This document shows positions 28,736 through 40,150 of a stretch of DNA of 64,000 nt, piece after piece (the stretch's first letter is position 1; every line of letters starts with the position of its first letter). Source of the stretch: Haplodiscus bocki. Its lineage: Eukaryota. Position numbers and translations under genes: made by a program. The notes under the pieces are model-generated. The model saw nothing but the letters and a program-made list of their open reading frames with translations, had not been told where the DNA came from and did no database searches. The DNA lies in the NCBI GenBank assembly GCA_965655095.1, contig OZ296656.1, positions 74,400,001 through 74,464,000 of the forward strand, written 5' to 3'.

Positions 28736-31700
28736 ATGTTGACCAGCCTTTGTAGTTTTATGTGAGGTTTTTCTCAACTGAGATTCAATTTGTCCCTTTC
28801 TCAAGCAACTTTTTTTTCTCTTCGCTGTCAATTTTGGTTCGCTTTTGATCTGCTTTAATGATGCATTGGTTGTGTTGTTTTGCGCCTGTGTACAATAAGT
28901 GGCCTCTAGTTCACCTATGTTGTTGTTGGCTTTTGCTTGGCTAACTTTGTTGCCAAGCCTGGGCAAACTTGCAAAACTATGTACCAAATTCAGGACGCTG
29001 AGATGACGATTTTTTTGCGCTACCCTTCGGGCCCTTTTCGGCTGGTTTTTGACCAGGTCTCTAGTTTGTCTTGACGTTATTTTGAACTGGGCATACTTTT
29101 TCTCCAAACAAAACGAGTTTGTTGCCTCTGCTGTTGTCAGTTTTTGGTTCCTTTTCGCTGAGTGTTGCTGATCTAGATGTATCTTTTGTGTATTATCATT
29201 TTTTTCGGTCAGTTTGGAATTAGTTGACTCCAGTGGAACTTATATTGTGCTCGGCCTTTGTTGTAGGTCCTTTGTTTTTGAGATGACTAGGAAAGACTTG
29301 CGGCAACCGGAGCTGAAAAACACGACCTTTACATGTGTAGACTCACACGCTGCCTACTACTTCGTTGTCACTTGACTTTCGATCAACTCTGTATGTTCGA
29401 AATACGTCTTCTGGAATTGATTTTGTTTGGTACACCTTGTTTTTAAAAGTCACTGACGCTTCTTGAATTTTTTTTGTTTCTGCGCGTTAATTGTGTGCCT
29501 AATTTTTGTATTTTGTTTCTGTGACCTGTTCAAATTTGGTTTTCCTGATCTTTCTTGTCCCATGTCGGGACTTTTCCTACCTAAATTACTTTAGAAAGCG
29601 AATACTCAAATCTTAGGAAAAGTCAGGATCGAACTTACGACCTTAAGATTATGGGAACTACGCGCTGCCGTGTGTGCCATTTTCGCTTGAGGTTGCGCAG
29701 CCTCTGTAGTTTTTATGTGAGGTTTTCCCAACTAAGCTTCATTTTCTCCGTTTCTCAAGCAACTTTTTTTCGCTTCGTTTCGGTGTCCAGTTTTTGTTCC
29801 CTTTTGCTGTGCTTTGATGATATTTTGGGTGTGTGTTTGTGGGCCTGTGTACATTTAGTTGCCTCTAGTTCACTTATGTTGTGGTCGGCTTTTGTTTGGC
29901 TAACTTTGTTCCCAAGGCTGTTTAAACTTGCAAGAACTAGCTACCAAATTCAGGTCGCTGAGATGACGAAAGTGACGCGCTGCCCCCCTGGGGTTTTTCG
30001 GTTGGTTTTCTACCACGTCTCTAGTGTCTCTTGAAGTTCTTTTGAACTGAGCTTACTTCTCTGTATCTGAAACAAGTTTTTTAACTCTCTGCTGTTGTCA
30101 ACTTTTGATTCCTTTTCGCTGAGTGTTGCTGATCTAGATGTACGTTATGTGTAATATCATTTGTTCTGTCAGCTCAGAACTATTCGTCTCCAGTGGAAAT
30201 TATATTGTGTTCGGCCTTTGTTGTAGGTCCTTTGTTTTTGAGATGTCTAGGGAAGACTTGCTGTAACTGGAGCTGAAAAACACGACCCTGTCATGATTAG
30301 ACATAGACTCTGCCTACTACTCTTAGAACATGACTTTTGATCAGCACTGTATGTTCTATGATACGTCTCGTGGAACTGATGTTTTTTGGTTCCCTTTGTT
30401 CTTAAAAAGTGGCTGACGCTTCTTGAAACTTTGCTTTTTTTGTTCCTGCTCATTGATGAAATGCTTAATCTTTAATTTTTTTTGTTTCTGTGGCCTGTTC
30501 AAAACTAAATTCTCGTGAGCAGTCTTGTCCCATGTTGGCACTTTTCTTCCCTAATTATTTAAAAACAAATAGTCAGAACTTGCGAAATTGAGTATCGCAC
30601 TCACGACCTTAAGAATATTAGAAGTACGCGCTGCTATCTGCGCCATTGTTGCTTGATGTTGACCAGCCTTTGTAGTTTTATGTGAGGTTTTTCTCAACTG
30701 AGATTCAATTTGTCCCTTCCTCAAGCAACTTTTTTTTCTCTTCGTTGTTGTCAATTTTGGTTCGCTTTTGATCTGCTTTAATGATGCATTGGTTGTGTTG
30801 TTTTGCGCCTGTGTACAGTAAGTGGCCTCTAGTTCACGTATGTTGTTGTTGGCTTTTGCTTGGCTAACTTTGTTCCCAAGGCTGGTTAAATTTGCAAGAA
30901 CTAGCTACCAAATTCAGGTCGCTGAGATGACGAAAGTGACGCGCTGCCCCCCTGGGGTTTTTCGGTTGGTTTTATACCACGTCTGTAGTGTCTCTTGAAG
31001 TTCTTTTGAACTGAGCTTACTTCTCTGTATCTGAAACAAGTTTTTTAACTCTCTGCTGTTGTCAACTTTTGGTTCCTTTTCGCTGAGTGTTGCTGATCTA
31101 GATGTACGTTATGTCTAATATCATTTGTTCTGTCAGCTTAGAACTATTCGTCTCCAGTGGAACTTATTCTGTGTTGGGCCTTTGTTGTACTACTTTTGTT
31201 TTTGAGATGACTAAGAAAGACTTGCGCCAAGTGGAAACAAAGAACTTGACCCTGACATGTTTAGACTCACAAGCTGCCTACTACTTTTTTGTCAGGTGAG
31301 TTTCGATCAACTCTGTATGTGCCAGATACGTCTTGTGGAACTGATATTTTTTGGTACACCTTGTTTTTAAAAAATTGCTGACGCTTCTTGAAATTTTAAA
31401 TTTTTTGTTGCTGGGCGTTGATGATTTGCTTAATCTTGGTTTTCATTTTCTGCGGCCTCTTCAAAGTTAGTTTACCTGATCATTCTTGTCCCATGTTGAC
31501 TTTTCTATCCTAAATTACTTTAAAGAACGAAATTTAAAAACCTGAGACAAGTGAGGATCGAACGCACGACCCTAAGATTTTGAGACTTACGCGCTGCTGT
31601 CTGCTCTGTTGTTGCGTGATGTTGAACAGCCTATGTCGTTTTATTTAAGTTTTTCTCAACTGTGAATCGTTTTCTCCTTTTCTCAAGCAGCTTCTCTTCA

Positions 31701-34700
31701 CTCGTTGTCGCTGTCGTTTTTTTGTTCCCTTTTGTTGTGCTTTGATGTTGTTTTCGGTGTTTTTTTTTGAGCCTGTGTGCAATTAGTTGCCTGTAGTTCA
31801 CTTATGTTGTGGTCGGCTTTTGTTGAACTAACGTTGTTCCGAATGTTGGGCAAACTTGCAAAAACTATGTACCAAACTCGCGACGCTGAGAAGGCGAGAT
31901 TTACGCGCTGCCCTTTGGGCTCTTTTTGGTTGGTTATTGACCAAGTCTCTAGTTTCTCTTCAAGTTTATTGTGAGTGAGCTTACTTTTTCTCTTTCTGAA
32001 ACAAAGTTGTTTGTTATTTCTCTGCTGTTGTCAATATTTGGTTCGTTTTGGCGAAGTGTTGCTGATTCAGATGTGTCTTGTGCGTTTTATCTTTTTTTTG
32101 GTCAGTTTAGACCTAGTCGTCTCCAGTGGAACTTATATTGTGTTCGGCCTTTGTTGTAGGTCCTTTCTTTTTGAGATGACTAGGAAAGACTTGCGGCAAC
32201 CTGAGCTGGAGAACACGACCTTGACATCTTTAGACTCACACGTTGTCACATGACTTTCAATCACCTCTGTATCTCCGAGATACCTCTTGTGGAACTGATA
32301 TTGTTTGGTACACATTGTTTTTGAATAGTTGCTGATGCTTCGTGAATATTTTTCTTTGTTTCTGCGCGTCGATGATATGCCTGATCTTTGTTTTCTTTTT
32401 GGTTTGGCGTGTTCAAAGTTAGTTGTCTTGATCATTTTTGTCCCATGTTGGGACTTTTTTGCCTAAGTTAATTTTTTGAACGAATTTTCAAAACTCACCA
32501 CAAGTGAGGATCGAACTCACGTTCCTAAGAATAGGAGACTTACGCACAACCGTCTGCTCCATTTTGCTTGATTTTGAGCAGCCTCTTTAGACTTATGTGA
32601 TGTTTTTCTCAACTGAAATTCTTTTTCTCCCTTTCTAAAGCGACTTTTTTTCACTCCGTTGTTGGTGTCGATGTTCTGTTCCCCTTTGCTTTGCTTGGAC
32701 GATGTTTTGAGTGTGTTATTTGGGACTATGTGCATTTAGTTGCCTCTACTTCACTGATGTAGTGTTTGGCCTTTGTTTAGCTAACTTTGTTCCCAAGGCT
32801 AGGCAAACTTGCATGAACTAGCTATCAAAATAACGACGCTGAGATGACGAGGTTTACGGGCTGCCCTTGTCGGTTGGTTATTGACCATGTCTCTAGTTTC
32901 CCTTGAAGTTTTTATGAACTGAGTTTACTTTTTCTCTGTCTGAAACAAGTTTGTTCCTTCTCTGTTGTTGTCAAGTGTTGGTTCCTTTTGGCTCTGTGTT
33001 GCTGATTTTAGATGTATTTTGTGTGTTTTATCAGTTTTTTGGTGAGTTTAGAACTGGTTGTGTCCAGTGGAACCTATATTGCGTTCGGTCTTGTTTGTAC
33101 TACTTTTGTTTTTGAGACGACTAGGAAAGACTTGCGGCAACTAGGGACAGAAAATACGTCCTTGACATGTTTCGATTCACACGCTGCCTACTACTCCGTT
33201 GTCACATAGCTTTCGATCAACTGTGTTCGTTCGAGATACGTCTTGTGGAACTGATATTGTTTGCTACACCTTGTTTTTAAAAAATCGCTGACGCTTCTTG
33301 AAATTTTGTTTTTCCTTTCTGCGCGTTGATAATGTTCCTAATCCGTTTTTTGTTTTCTGTGGCCTCTTCAAAGTTAGTTGTCTTGATCATTCTTGTCCCA
33401 TCTTGGGACTGTTGTTTCCTAAGTTACTTTTTTGAATGAGTTTTCAAAACTCGCGGCAAGTGAGGATCGACCCCACGACCCTAAGAATATGAGACTTACG
33501 CGTTGCCGTCTGCACCATTTTGGCTTGTTGTTGAACAGCCTCTTCAGATTTTTGTGGGTTTTTCTCAACTGAGGTTCATTTTTTCCCTTTCTAAAGCGAC
33601 CTTTTCTCACTTCGTTGTCGGTGTCGATCTTTTGTTCCCTTTTGCTTTGCTTGGACGATGTTTTTAGAGTGTTTTTTTTTTACCCTTTGTGCAATTAGTT
33701 GATTCCAGTTCACCAATGTCGTGGTTGGCTTTTGTTTGGCAAACTTTGGTCCCAAGGCTAAGCAACTTTGTAAAAACTATCTACCAGTTTCGCGACGCTG
33801 AGACGGCGAAATTTACGCGCTGCCCTTTGGGCATTTTTTGGTTGGTTATTGACCAGATCTCGAGTTTCTCTTGAAGTTCCTTTGAACTGAGCCTACTTTT
33901 TTCTCTGTATGAAACAAGTTTTTTACCTCTCTGCTGTTGTCAATTTATGGTTCCTTTTCGCTTGGTGTTGCTGATCCTGATGTATCTTGTGTGGAATATC
34001 ATTTTTTCGGTCAGTTCTGAACTAGTTGTCTCCAGTGGAACTTATATTGCGTTCGGCCTTGGTTGTACTACTTTTGTTTTTCAGATGACTAGTAAAGATT
34101 TGCGGCAACTGGAGACAAAAAAACTCGACCTTGAAATGTTTAAACTCACACGCTGCCTACTACTTCGTTGTTGCGTGACTTTCGATCAACGCTGTACCTG
34201 CGAGATACGTCTTGTTGAACTGATATTGTTTAGTACACCTTGTTTTTAGAAAGTCCGTGATGCTTCCTGAACTTTTTTTTGTTTCTGCGCGTTGATGACA
34301 TGCCTGATGTTTGTTTTTTGTTTCTGTGACCTGTTCAAATTTAGCCTTCCTGAGCATTCTGGTCCCATGTTGGGACTCTCCTTTCCTAAATTAATTTAAA
34401 GAACGCATATTGAAAACTTGCGACAATTGAGTATCGCACTCACGACCTTAAGATTATTAGAAGTACGCGCTGCTATCAGCTCCATTGTCGCTTGATGTTG
34501 ACCAGCCTTTGTAGTTTTACGTGAGGTTTTTCTCAACTGAGATTCACTTTGTCCCTTTCTCAAGCAACTTTCTTTTCTCTTCGTTGTTGTCAATTTTGGT
34601 TCGCTTTTGATCTGCTTTAATGATGCATTGGTTGTGTTGTTTCGAGCCTGTGTACAGTAAGTGGCCTCTAGTTCACTTATGTTGTTGTTGGCTTTTGTTT

Positions 34701-35381
34701 GGCAAACTTTGGTCCCAAGGCTAAGCAACTTTGTAAAAACTATCTACCAGTTTCGCGACGCTGAGACGGCGAAATTTACGCGCTGCCCTTTGGGCATTTT
34801 TTGGTTGGTTATTGACCAGATCTCGAGTTTCTCTTGAAGTTCCTTTGAACTGAGCCTACTTTTTTCTCTGTATGAAACAAGTTTTTTACCTCTCTGCTGT
34901 TGTCAATTTATGGTTCCTTTTCGCTTGGTGTTGCTGATCCTGATGTATCTTGTGTGGAATATCATTTTTTCGGTCAGTTCTGAACTAGTTGTCTCCAGTG
35001 GAACTTATATTGCGTTCGGCCTTGGTTGTACTACTTTTGTTTTTCAGATGACTAGTAAAGATTTGCGGCAACTGGAGACAAAAAAACTCGACCTTGAAAT
35101 GTTTAAACTCACACGCTGCCTACTACTTCGTTGTTGCGTGACTTTCGATCAACGCTGTACCTGCGAGATACGTCTTGTTGAACTGATATTGTTTAGTACA
35201 CCTTGTTTTTAGAAAGTCCGTGATGCTTCCTGAACTTTTTTTTGTTTCTGCGCGTTGATGACATGCCTGATGTTTGTTTTTTGTTTCTGTGACCTGTTCA
35301 AATTTAGCCTTCCTGAGCATTCTGGTCCCATGTTGGGACTCTCCTTTCCTAAATTAATTTAAAGAACGCATATTGAAAACT

Positions 35382-35454
35382 TGCGACAAGTGAGGATCGA
35401 ACTCACGATCTGAAGATTATGAGACTTACGCACTGCCGTGTGCTCCATTGTCAC
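35382..35454 (-). pseudogene. tRNA-Met(CAT)-like copy at the diverged array edge, B box retained
   Basis: GTGACAA TG GAGC ACACGGCA GTGC G TAAGT CTCATAA TCTTC AGATC GTGAG TTCGATC CTCAC TTGTCGC A. Confidence 0.75.
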
Positions 35455-36799
35455 CTGATATTGAACATCTTCTGTAGGTTTATGTGAGCTGTTTCCCAGC
35501 TGAGTTTCATTTCCTGCCTTTCTGAAGCAACTTTTTTCCATTCGTTCTCGGTGTCATTTTTTTGTTCCCTTTTGCTGTGCTTTGACTATGTTTTGGGTGT
35601 TTTTTGGGCCTGTGTAGAATTAGTTTCCTCTAGTTCACTGATCTTGTTTTCGGCCTTTGTTTTGCTCACTTTGTTTCTGAGGCTGGGCCAAACTTGCGGA
35701 AACTATTGACCAAATTAACGACGCTGAGATGGCGAGACTTACCTGCTGCCTACTAGTCTGTTGTCACTTGACTTCTGATCAGCTCTGTAGTTTCGATGAG
35801 ACGTCGTGTGGAACTGATATTTTTAGCGCAGCTTTCAAAAAGTCGCTGGCTTTTCTCGAAATTCATTTTTTTGTTTCTGCGCGTTGTTGATAGATCGTCT
35901 AATCTTTGTTTTTTGTTTCCGCGGCATGTTCAAAGTTGGTTGTCTTGATCCATTTTGTCTCTTGTTGGGACTTTTCTTTCCAAATTGTTTTTGGTAAAAC
36001 TTGCGACAAGTGGGGATCCAACTCACGATCTTAAGAATATGAGAATTACGCGCTTCCGTCTACGCCTTTGTCGCTTGTTGTTAAGCAGGCTCTGTAGGTT
36101 TGTTTTAGGTTCTTCTCAAACCGGGTTAGTTTTTTGTCCCTATCTGAAACAAATTTGTTCTTTGTTGGTGTCGACGTTTTGTTCCTTTTTGCTGCCAACT
36201 GATGGTTCGTGCGGCTTTTGTTTTTGCTGCCTCTGTATAAATAATTGCCTTTAGTTTTCTTCTGTTGCATTTGGCTTTTTGTTTCCTACTTTTTTTTGGA
36301 AATGGCTTGGCAGAACTTGTGATTAGACTTACGTGCTGCCCACTGCGCCGTTGTCACTTGCAATTTGATTACCTCTGTAGGTTCGATGATACGTCTATTG
36401 GAACTGATACTGTTTTGCACACATTGTTTTTGAACAGTCGCTGACAGTTCTCAAATTTTATTTTTGTTCCTTTGTTTCTGCGCGTTGATCATAGATCTAA
36501 TTCTTGTTTCTGTGGCCTGTTCAAAGTTAGTTGTCCTGATCCATTTTTTCTCTGATTGGGTTTTTTTCTTTCCTAACCTATTTTAGTGAAAACTCAAAGT
36601 CGTCATTTTTGCTTGACTTTAGTTAATCTCTATATGTTTGTTTCACGTTTCTTCAGCTGTCATTCAACATTCATATTGCTATTTCGGAGTATTGAACCAT
36701 GCAAAAGAGCGAACTAGCGCTTGTCCAGCTTCAGCGCCAGATAGCGGCAAGAAGCCGTTACACTGTTGGTCTCTTGTTTTTCCTCAACCAACAATCGCC

Positions 36800-36872
36800 A
36801 ACGGAAAATGAGGTTGGAACTCACGAGCACAAAATAAAGAGGCTTGCGCGCCTTCTGCTGCGCCATTGTTAC
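36800..36872 (-). pseudogene. Last, highly decayed tRNA relic marking the array boundary
   Basis: Minus strand GTAACAATGGCGCAGCAGAAGGCGCGCAAGCC...CTCGTGAGTTCCAACCTCAT is collinear with the A-monomer tRNA over 73 nt. Confidence 0.65.
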
Positions 36873-37057
36873 ATGATTGCAGACGTATCATGGTTTTTCT
36901 GTTTTGGGCCATATTATATATTATGAAAACAGAATGATCCGCTTAAATGGGTCACATCCGTCGTTTTTTACCCGATGTTTGCCAATTGCGTTCACACTAA
37001 AACGATGATCATTAACGTTTCTGAGCGTTATTTTTTTTAACCAAATTGTAGCAGTTA

Positions 37058-38035
37058 TGTCGCAGAATGGGACTGGAATACTAAAAATTCTCAAAACTTT
37101 CAAAATTTGGAGTTTTTTGGAAAAATAGATGGATTTTTTTCGAATTAAAACCTTGAAATTTTTCAAAATCGCTAAATGTGGCAAATTGTTTCTAGAATGC
37201 GTCTCAAATGGTAATATTTCTCTAAAATTGTCTTTCCTCTTTATTTATGAGGTTTTTTGGGCTAAAAATAAAAAAAAATCAACAATGGAAAAATTAGAAA
37301 ATGTGATGAAGAAACAGAGTATTTTGAAAAAAAAAGACGTTTTCATCCTTCTGAAAGGCATTTTTAACAAAGTTGGAGGTTGCAAAATATCACGGTGGTA
37401 GCCGGGTGTGTTGTTGTTTTGCTGCTTAACTGAAAACGTGGTCAGCGTTTTGTGATCAACTACGTTATCCCTGTTTTTGGAAGTTGATCGATTTTCTTTT
37501 GTTCTGCGCAGTCAGTGATGGAGATTTAAAGGTACTTCAGACAAGACGACTGGCTACCACCGGCATATTTTCCGCCCTCCAATTTTGTTAGAGGTTCCTT
37601 TTGAAAGGATGAAAGCGGTTTTTTCAAAAATAAATATTCTCTCCTCATCAGATTTAGTAATTTTTTCCAAATTGAAAATTCTCGTGATTTCTGCAAAAAA
37701 ATCCTCAATTCAGGTGGAAAAAAAATTCTATGAAATAGTATCATTTGATATGACTTCTACAGCAAATTTGCCACCTTTAACGATTTTGGAAAAAGTCAAG
37801 TTTTCTTGAAATATTCCAAATTTTTATTTTTTAAAAAATCAAATTTCGTTCATTTTTGAGGATTGCAAGTATTTCGTTCGCAATATACGGCAAATTTGCT
37901 ATAATTTGGTCATAAAACATTTCAAATTCAGAATCTGGGGATTCTGCCCGGAAATTTGTTCAGTAATGATTAAAAAGCGCACCGCTTTGATTGGATGATT
38001 TTCCTTCCATGTTATAACTATGGGCGGAAAATGAT
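37058..38035. repeat. Two inverted copies of a dispersed non-coding repeat family (probable DNA-transposon relics)
   Basis: 37360-37415 (aacaaagttggaggttgcaaaatatcacggtggtagccggg) is the reverse complement of 37541-37590. 37880-38035 is the reverse complement of 63857-64000. Related pieces lie near 49480-49520 and 49765-49835. Confidence 0.7.
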
Positions 38036-39249
38036 AATCCTTCAAAATTTTAATTTTCTTGAAAAAATTGAGGTATTTTCATTTAAGTGATTCTATTTAG
38101 GTTAAAAAAATTGATAAATACTAAAGTTTCAAGTGTTGAAGCTTCGGTATAAACCGAATCGACGCCAGATATGCACTTTACCATCTGGAAAGCGCGACCA
38201 TTACGAAGGCATTTATCATCATCTCATCAAACCTTTTCCGGCCGATTTTATGCTTATTGAAAAAGTAAAAAGGTGGAAGGATGCCTTTAACCTTAAATGG
38301 GCCAAGATGTTTTCTCGAGAATCCAAAATTTGAGCGAAAGGAACTTTAAACGCTGTTTCCTCAAAGACTATTGCGAATTGAGAAACGAGCTATAGGTCAT
38401 TTGAAAGGCCTATTTCGTGCGACCCGATGCGCGCGGGGCTTTTAATAACATGACAATACTATGGCGTTGTCAAAGCATTAAGGTTCTGGATGGCGTGTAG
38501 TGCAGGTGAAATAAACCAGTTTAGAAGATATAATCAGAATACAGTGAACAGTTAAATTTCTGAAATTAAATAATTTTTTACAGAACTGACAGCTATCACA
38601 AAACACTTATATGACGGCAGTGCCCAAACCAATTTTCACCTAAGCCAGGACCGGAAACGTACCAGCTCGCAACACACTATTTTGGAGCTCCAGTGGTTTT
38701 TTTTAGTCAGAAAATATTTTACTTATTAATATCGAAAAAATGATATGTTCCAAATATGGCCCAGTGCAGTGGCCCATTCATAGTTAAATTTCTTGATTTC
38801 TTTCAAATCGAAAAAAGGCCTAAAAAATTAAAATGCACATGACTGTCCGCGATGTTGAACTTATTCGTTTTTCTCAGTTCTTGCATATGTTTCGAGATGT
38901 TATTGTGCTTGGCTGAATTCTTGGAATTTTGGTCATGGTTCTGCTTTGAAATTTGTAATACAGGGGAAAATTTGTGAAAATGACAGTTGAGCTTGCGATC
39001 TTCAGGTGAGACGACACGCGCTCCGGAGTGATCATTTATCGTCTGTCCCTTATTGTCTGTCACGAGGTATTCTTTGGTTTACTCTTCTTTAACAGCTTTA
39101 AATGTTTGTTGCCTAGAATTTTGCGGAAAACCACGAAATCCTCGCATTTATTGTGACAATTTTTGTTTGATGTGTTGATTCAACAGTTAACCATGCTTCG
39201 ACCACATGTGTCACCTATCTTGTACAAAATGGTGGATTGTCTTGTTTAG

Positions 39250-39354
39250 ATTGAGAGTCTTCCTGCAACAAAATTGGGTTCCCGCAGAGGCAGTGGATCT
39301 TTGGGCAACACAGGAAGTCAGCCTCGGAACTTGCTGCTTCTGGACGAGACACAA
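39250..39354 (+). CDS. Probable exon of the coiled-coil protein gene (IESLPATK...LLDETQ)
   Basis: tttag acceptor and gtaaat donor flank 105 nt open in phase 0/0, compatible with the next exon. There is no homology support. Confidence 0.5.
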
Positions 39355-39454
39355 GTAAATATTAAATCATTTTTTTCTCAAAACATTCGTGAATCCACTG
39401 AAAAATTAGTTATTGTACGTATTTGTAAATGATTGCAATATAGTTATAGATAAA

Positions 39455-39692
39455 AAGAAGATCGGCAGAGTAACGAGAATGCATTTCGAGAATAAATGTC
39501 ATCATGAGGTAAAAATGATGTAAAAAACGAACCACATTTGATGTAGTGTCTTGAAAAACACAAGCAACGTTGGAAACGAGAGAGATGTTTACACATCATA
39601 AAACACAAGTGACGGCACTGTTGGGCTCCCTTCAGAACTTCAATAGAAGCTCTTTGCTTCGGTATTCATCCCTGGTGTTGATAGAAGGATTC
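39455..39692 (+). repeat. Dispersed ~240-bp repeat, copy 1
   Basis: Clearly alignable to 46878-47112 (atgcatttcgagaataaat...gacggcactgttggg...ccctggtgttgat). Confidence 0.85.
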
Positions 39693-39859
39693 TTATCGGC
39701 AATATGCGGGGCGTTCAAGGTCATTAGAAAGGAAGAGTTGGTATGAGTATCAATTGATTGCAATATATTTCTGAGCTTTCAGAGATATAGAATTTAGCTC
39801 TACTTCCCCTTTTTTAGCCATGTGTTAGACGACAGACAAATGTAGATGGAAATCCATAA

Positions 39860-40150
39860 GAGTTTTTCTAGTGAAACGGATCATGGCACCGTTTCCAAGA
39901 TCTTGGCAGGATCTTAGCATGACTGGTATGATCTTGCACGATCATGGCAAAGATCTTATGTGTTTATATGTATTTTGGCAAGGGTTTCACGATTTCTTGG
40001 TAAGTTGACAAGGCTGGCAAAATTAAGTTTGCATCCTAAGATCTTTATAAGATCGTGGCCATGCATCTTGACTGTCATACACCATACATCTTGACCAGGC
40101 TACTATGCTTTTCCATGCATCCTTACAAATCTCCAGTCTTCCTGGAACCA
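39860..40150. mobile_element. Decayed CATG/GATC-rich MITE-like relic
   Basis: Repeated gatcatggca, gatcttggca and catgcatctt motifs resemble the 60372-61164 element; the ends are not defined. Confidence 0.4.

Larger units (their letters stand above)
1..36900. repeat. tRNA-Met-derived satellite: ~38 tandem ~960-bp units, each a trimer of diverged ~320-bp monomers; continues off the left end of the window
   Basis: The motif acttgcgaNaa.tgag.at..cac recurs at ~800, 1756, 2713, 3669, 4630 ... 34419, 35382 and 36002. The ORF track repeats with a ~960-bp period. Within a unit, tRNA-like segments start at 157, 480, 800 and 1113 (spacing 323/320/313 bp) and their downstream flanks can be aligned. 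Confidence 0.97.

Noticed and set aside
518-36270. Recurrent 60-170 aa ORFs (MTTAEVTNSF..., MSRNKK..., MWYIVF...) as a tandem protein gene family
   Set aside because: They read through tRNA relics, are frameshifted or truncated from unit to unit, show no domain, and follow from the A-rich minus strand having few stop codons.
1-36900. CRISPR array, 5S rDNA, spliced-leader or snRNA array
   Set aside because: There are no unique spacers, and no 5S, Sm-site/SL or U-snRNA sequence was recognised. The conserved core is tRNA-Met-like.
38990-39070. Upstream coding exon of the coiled-coil gene
   Set aside because: Splice-like signals exist, but the frame compatible with the 39250 exon contains a TGA and has no ATG. 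It could be UTR but is unsupported.
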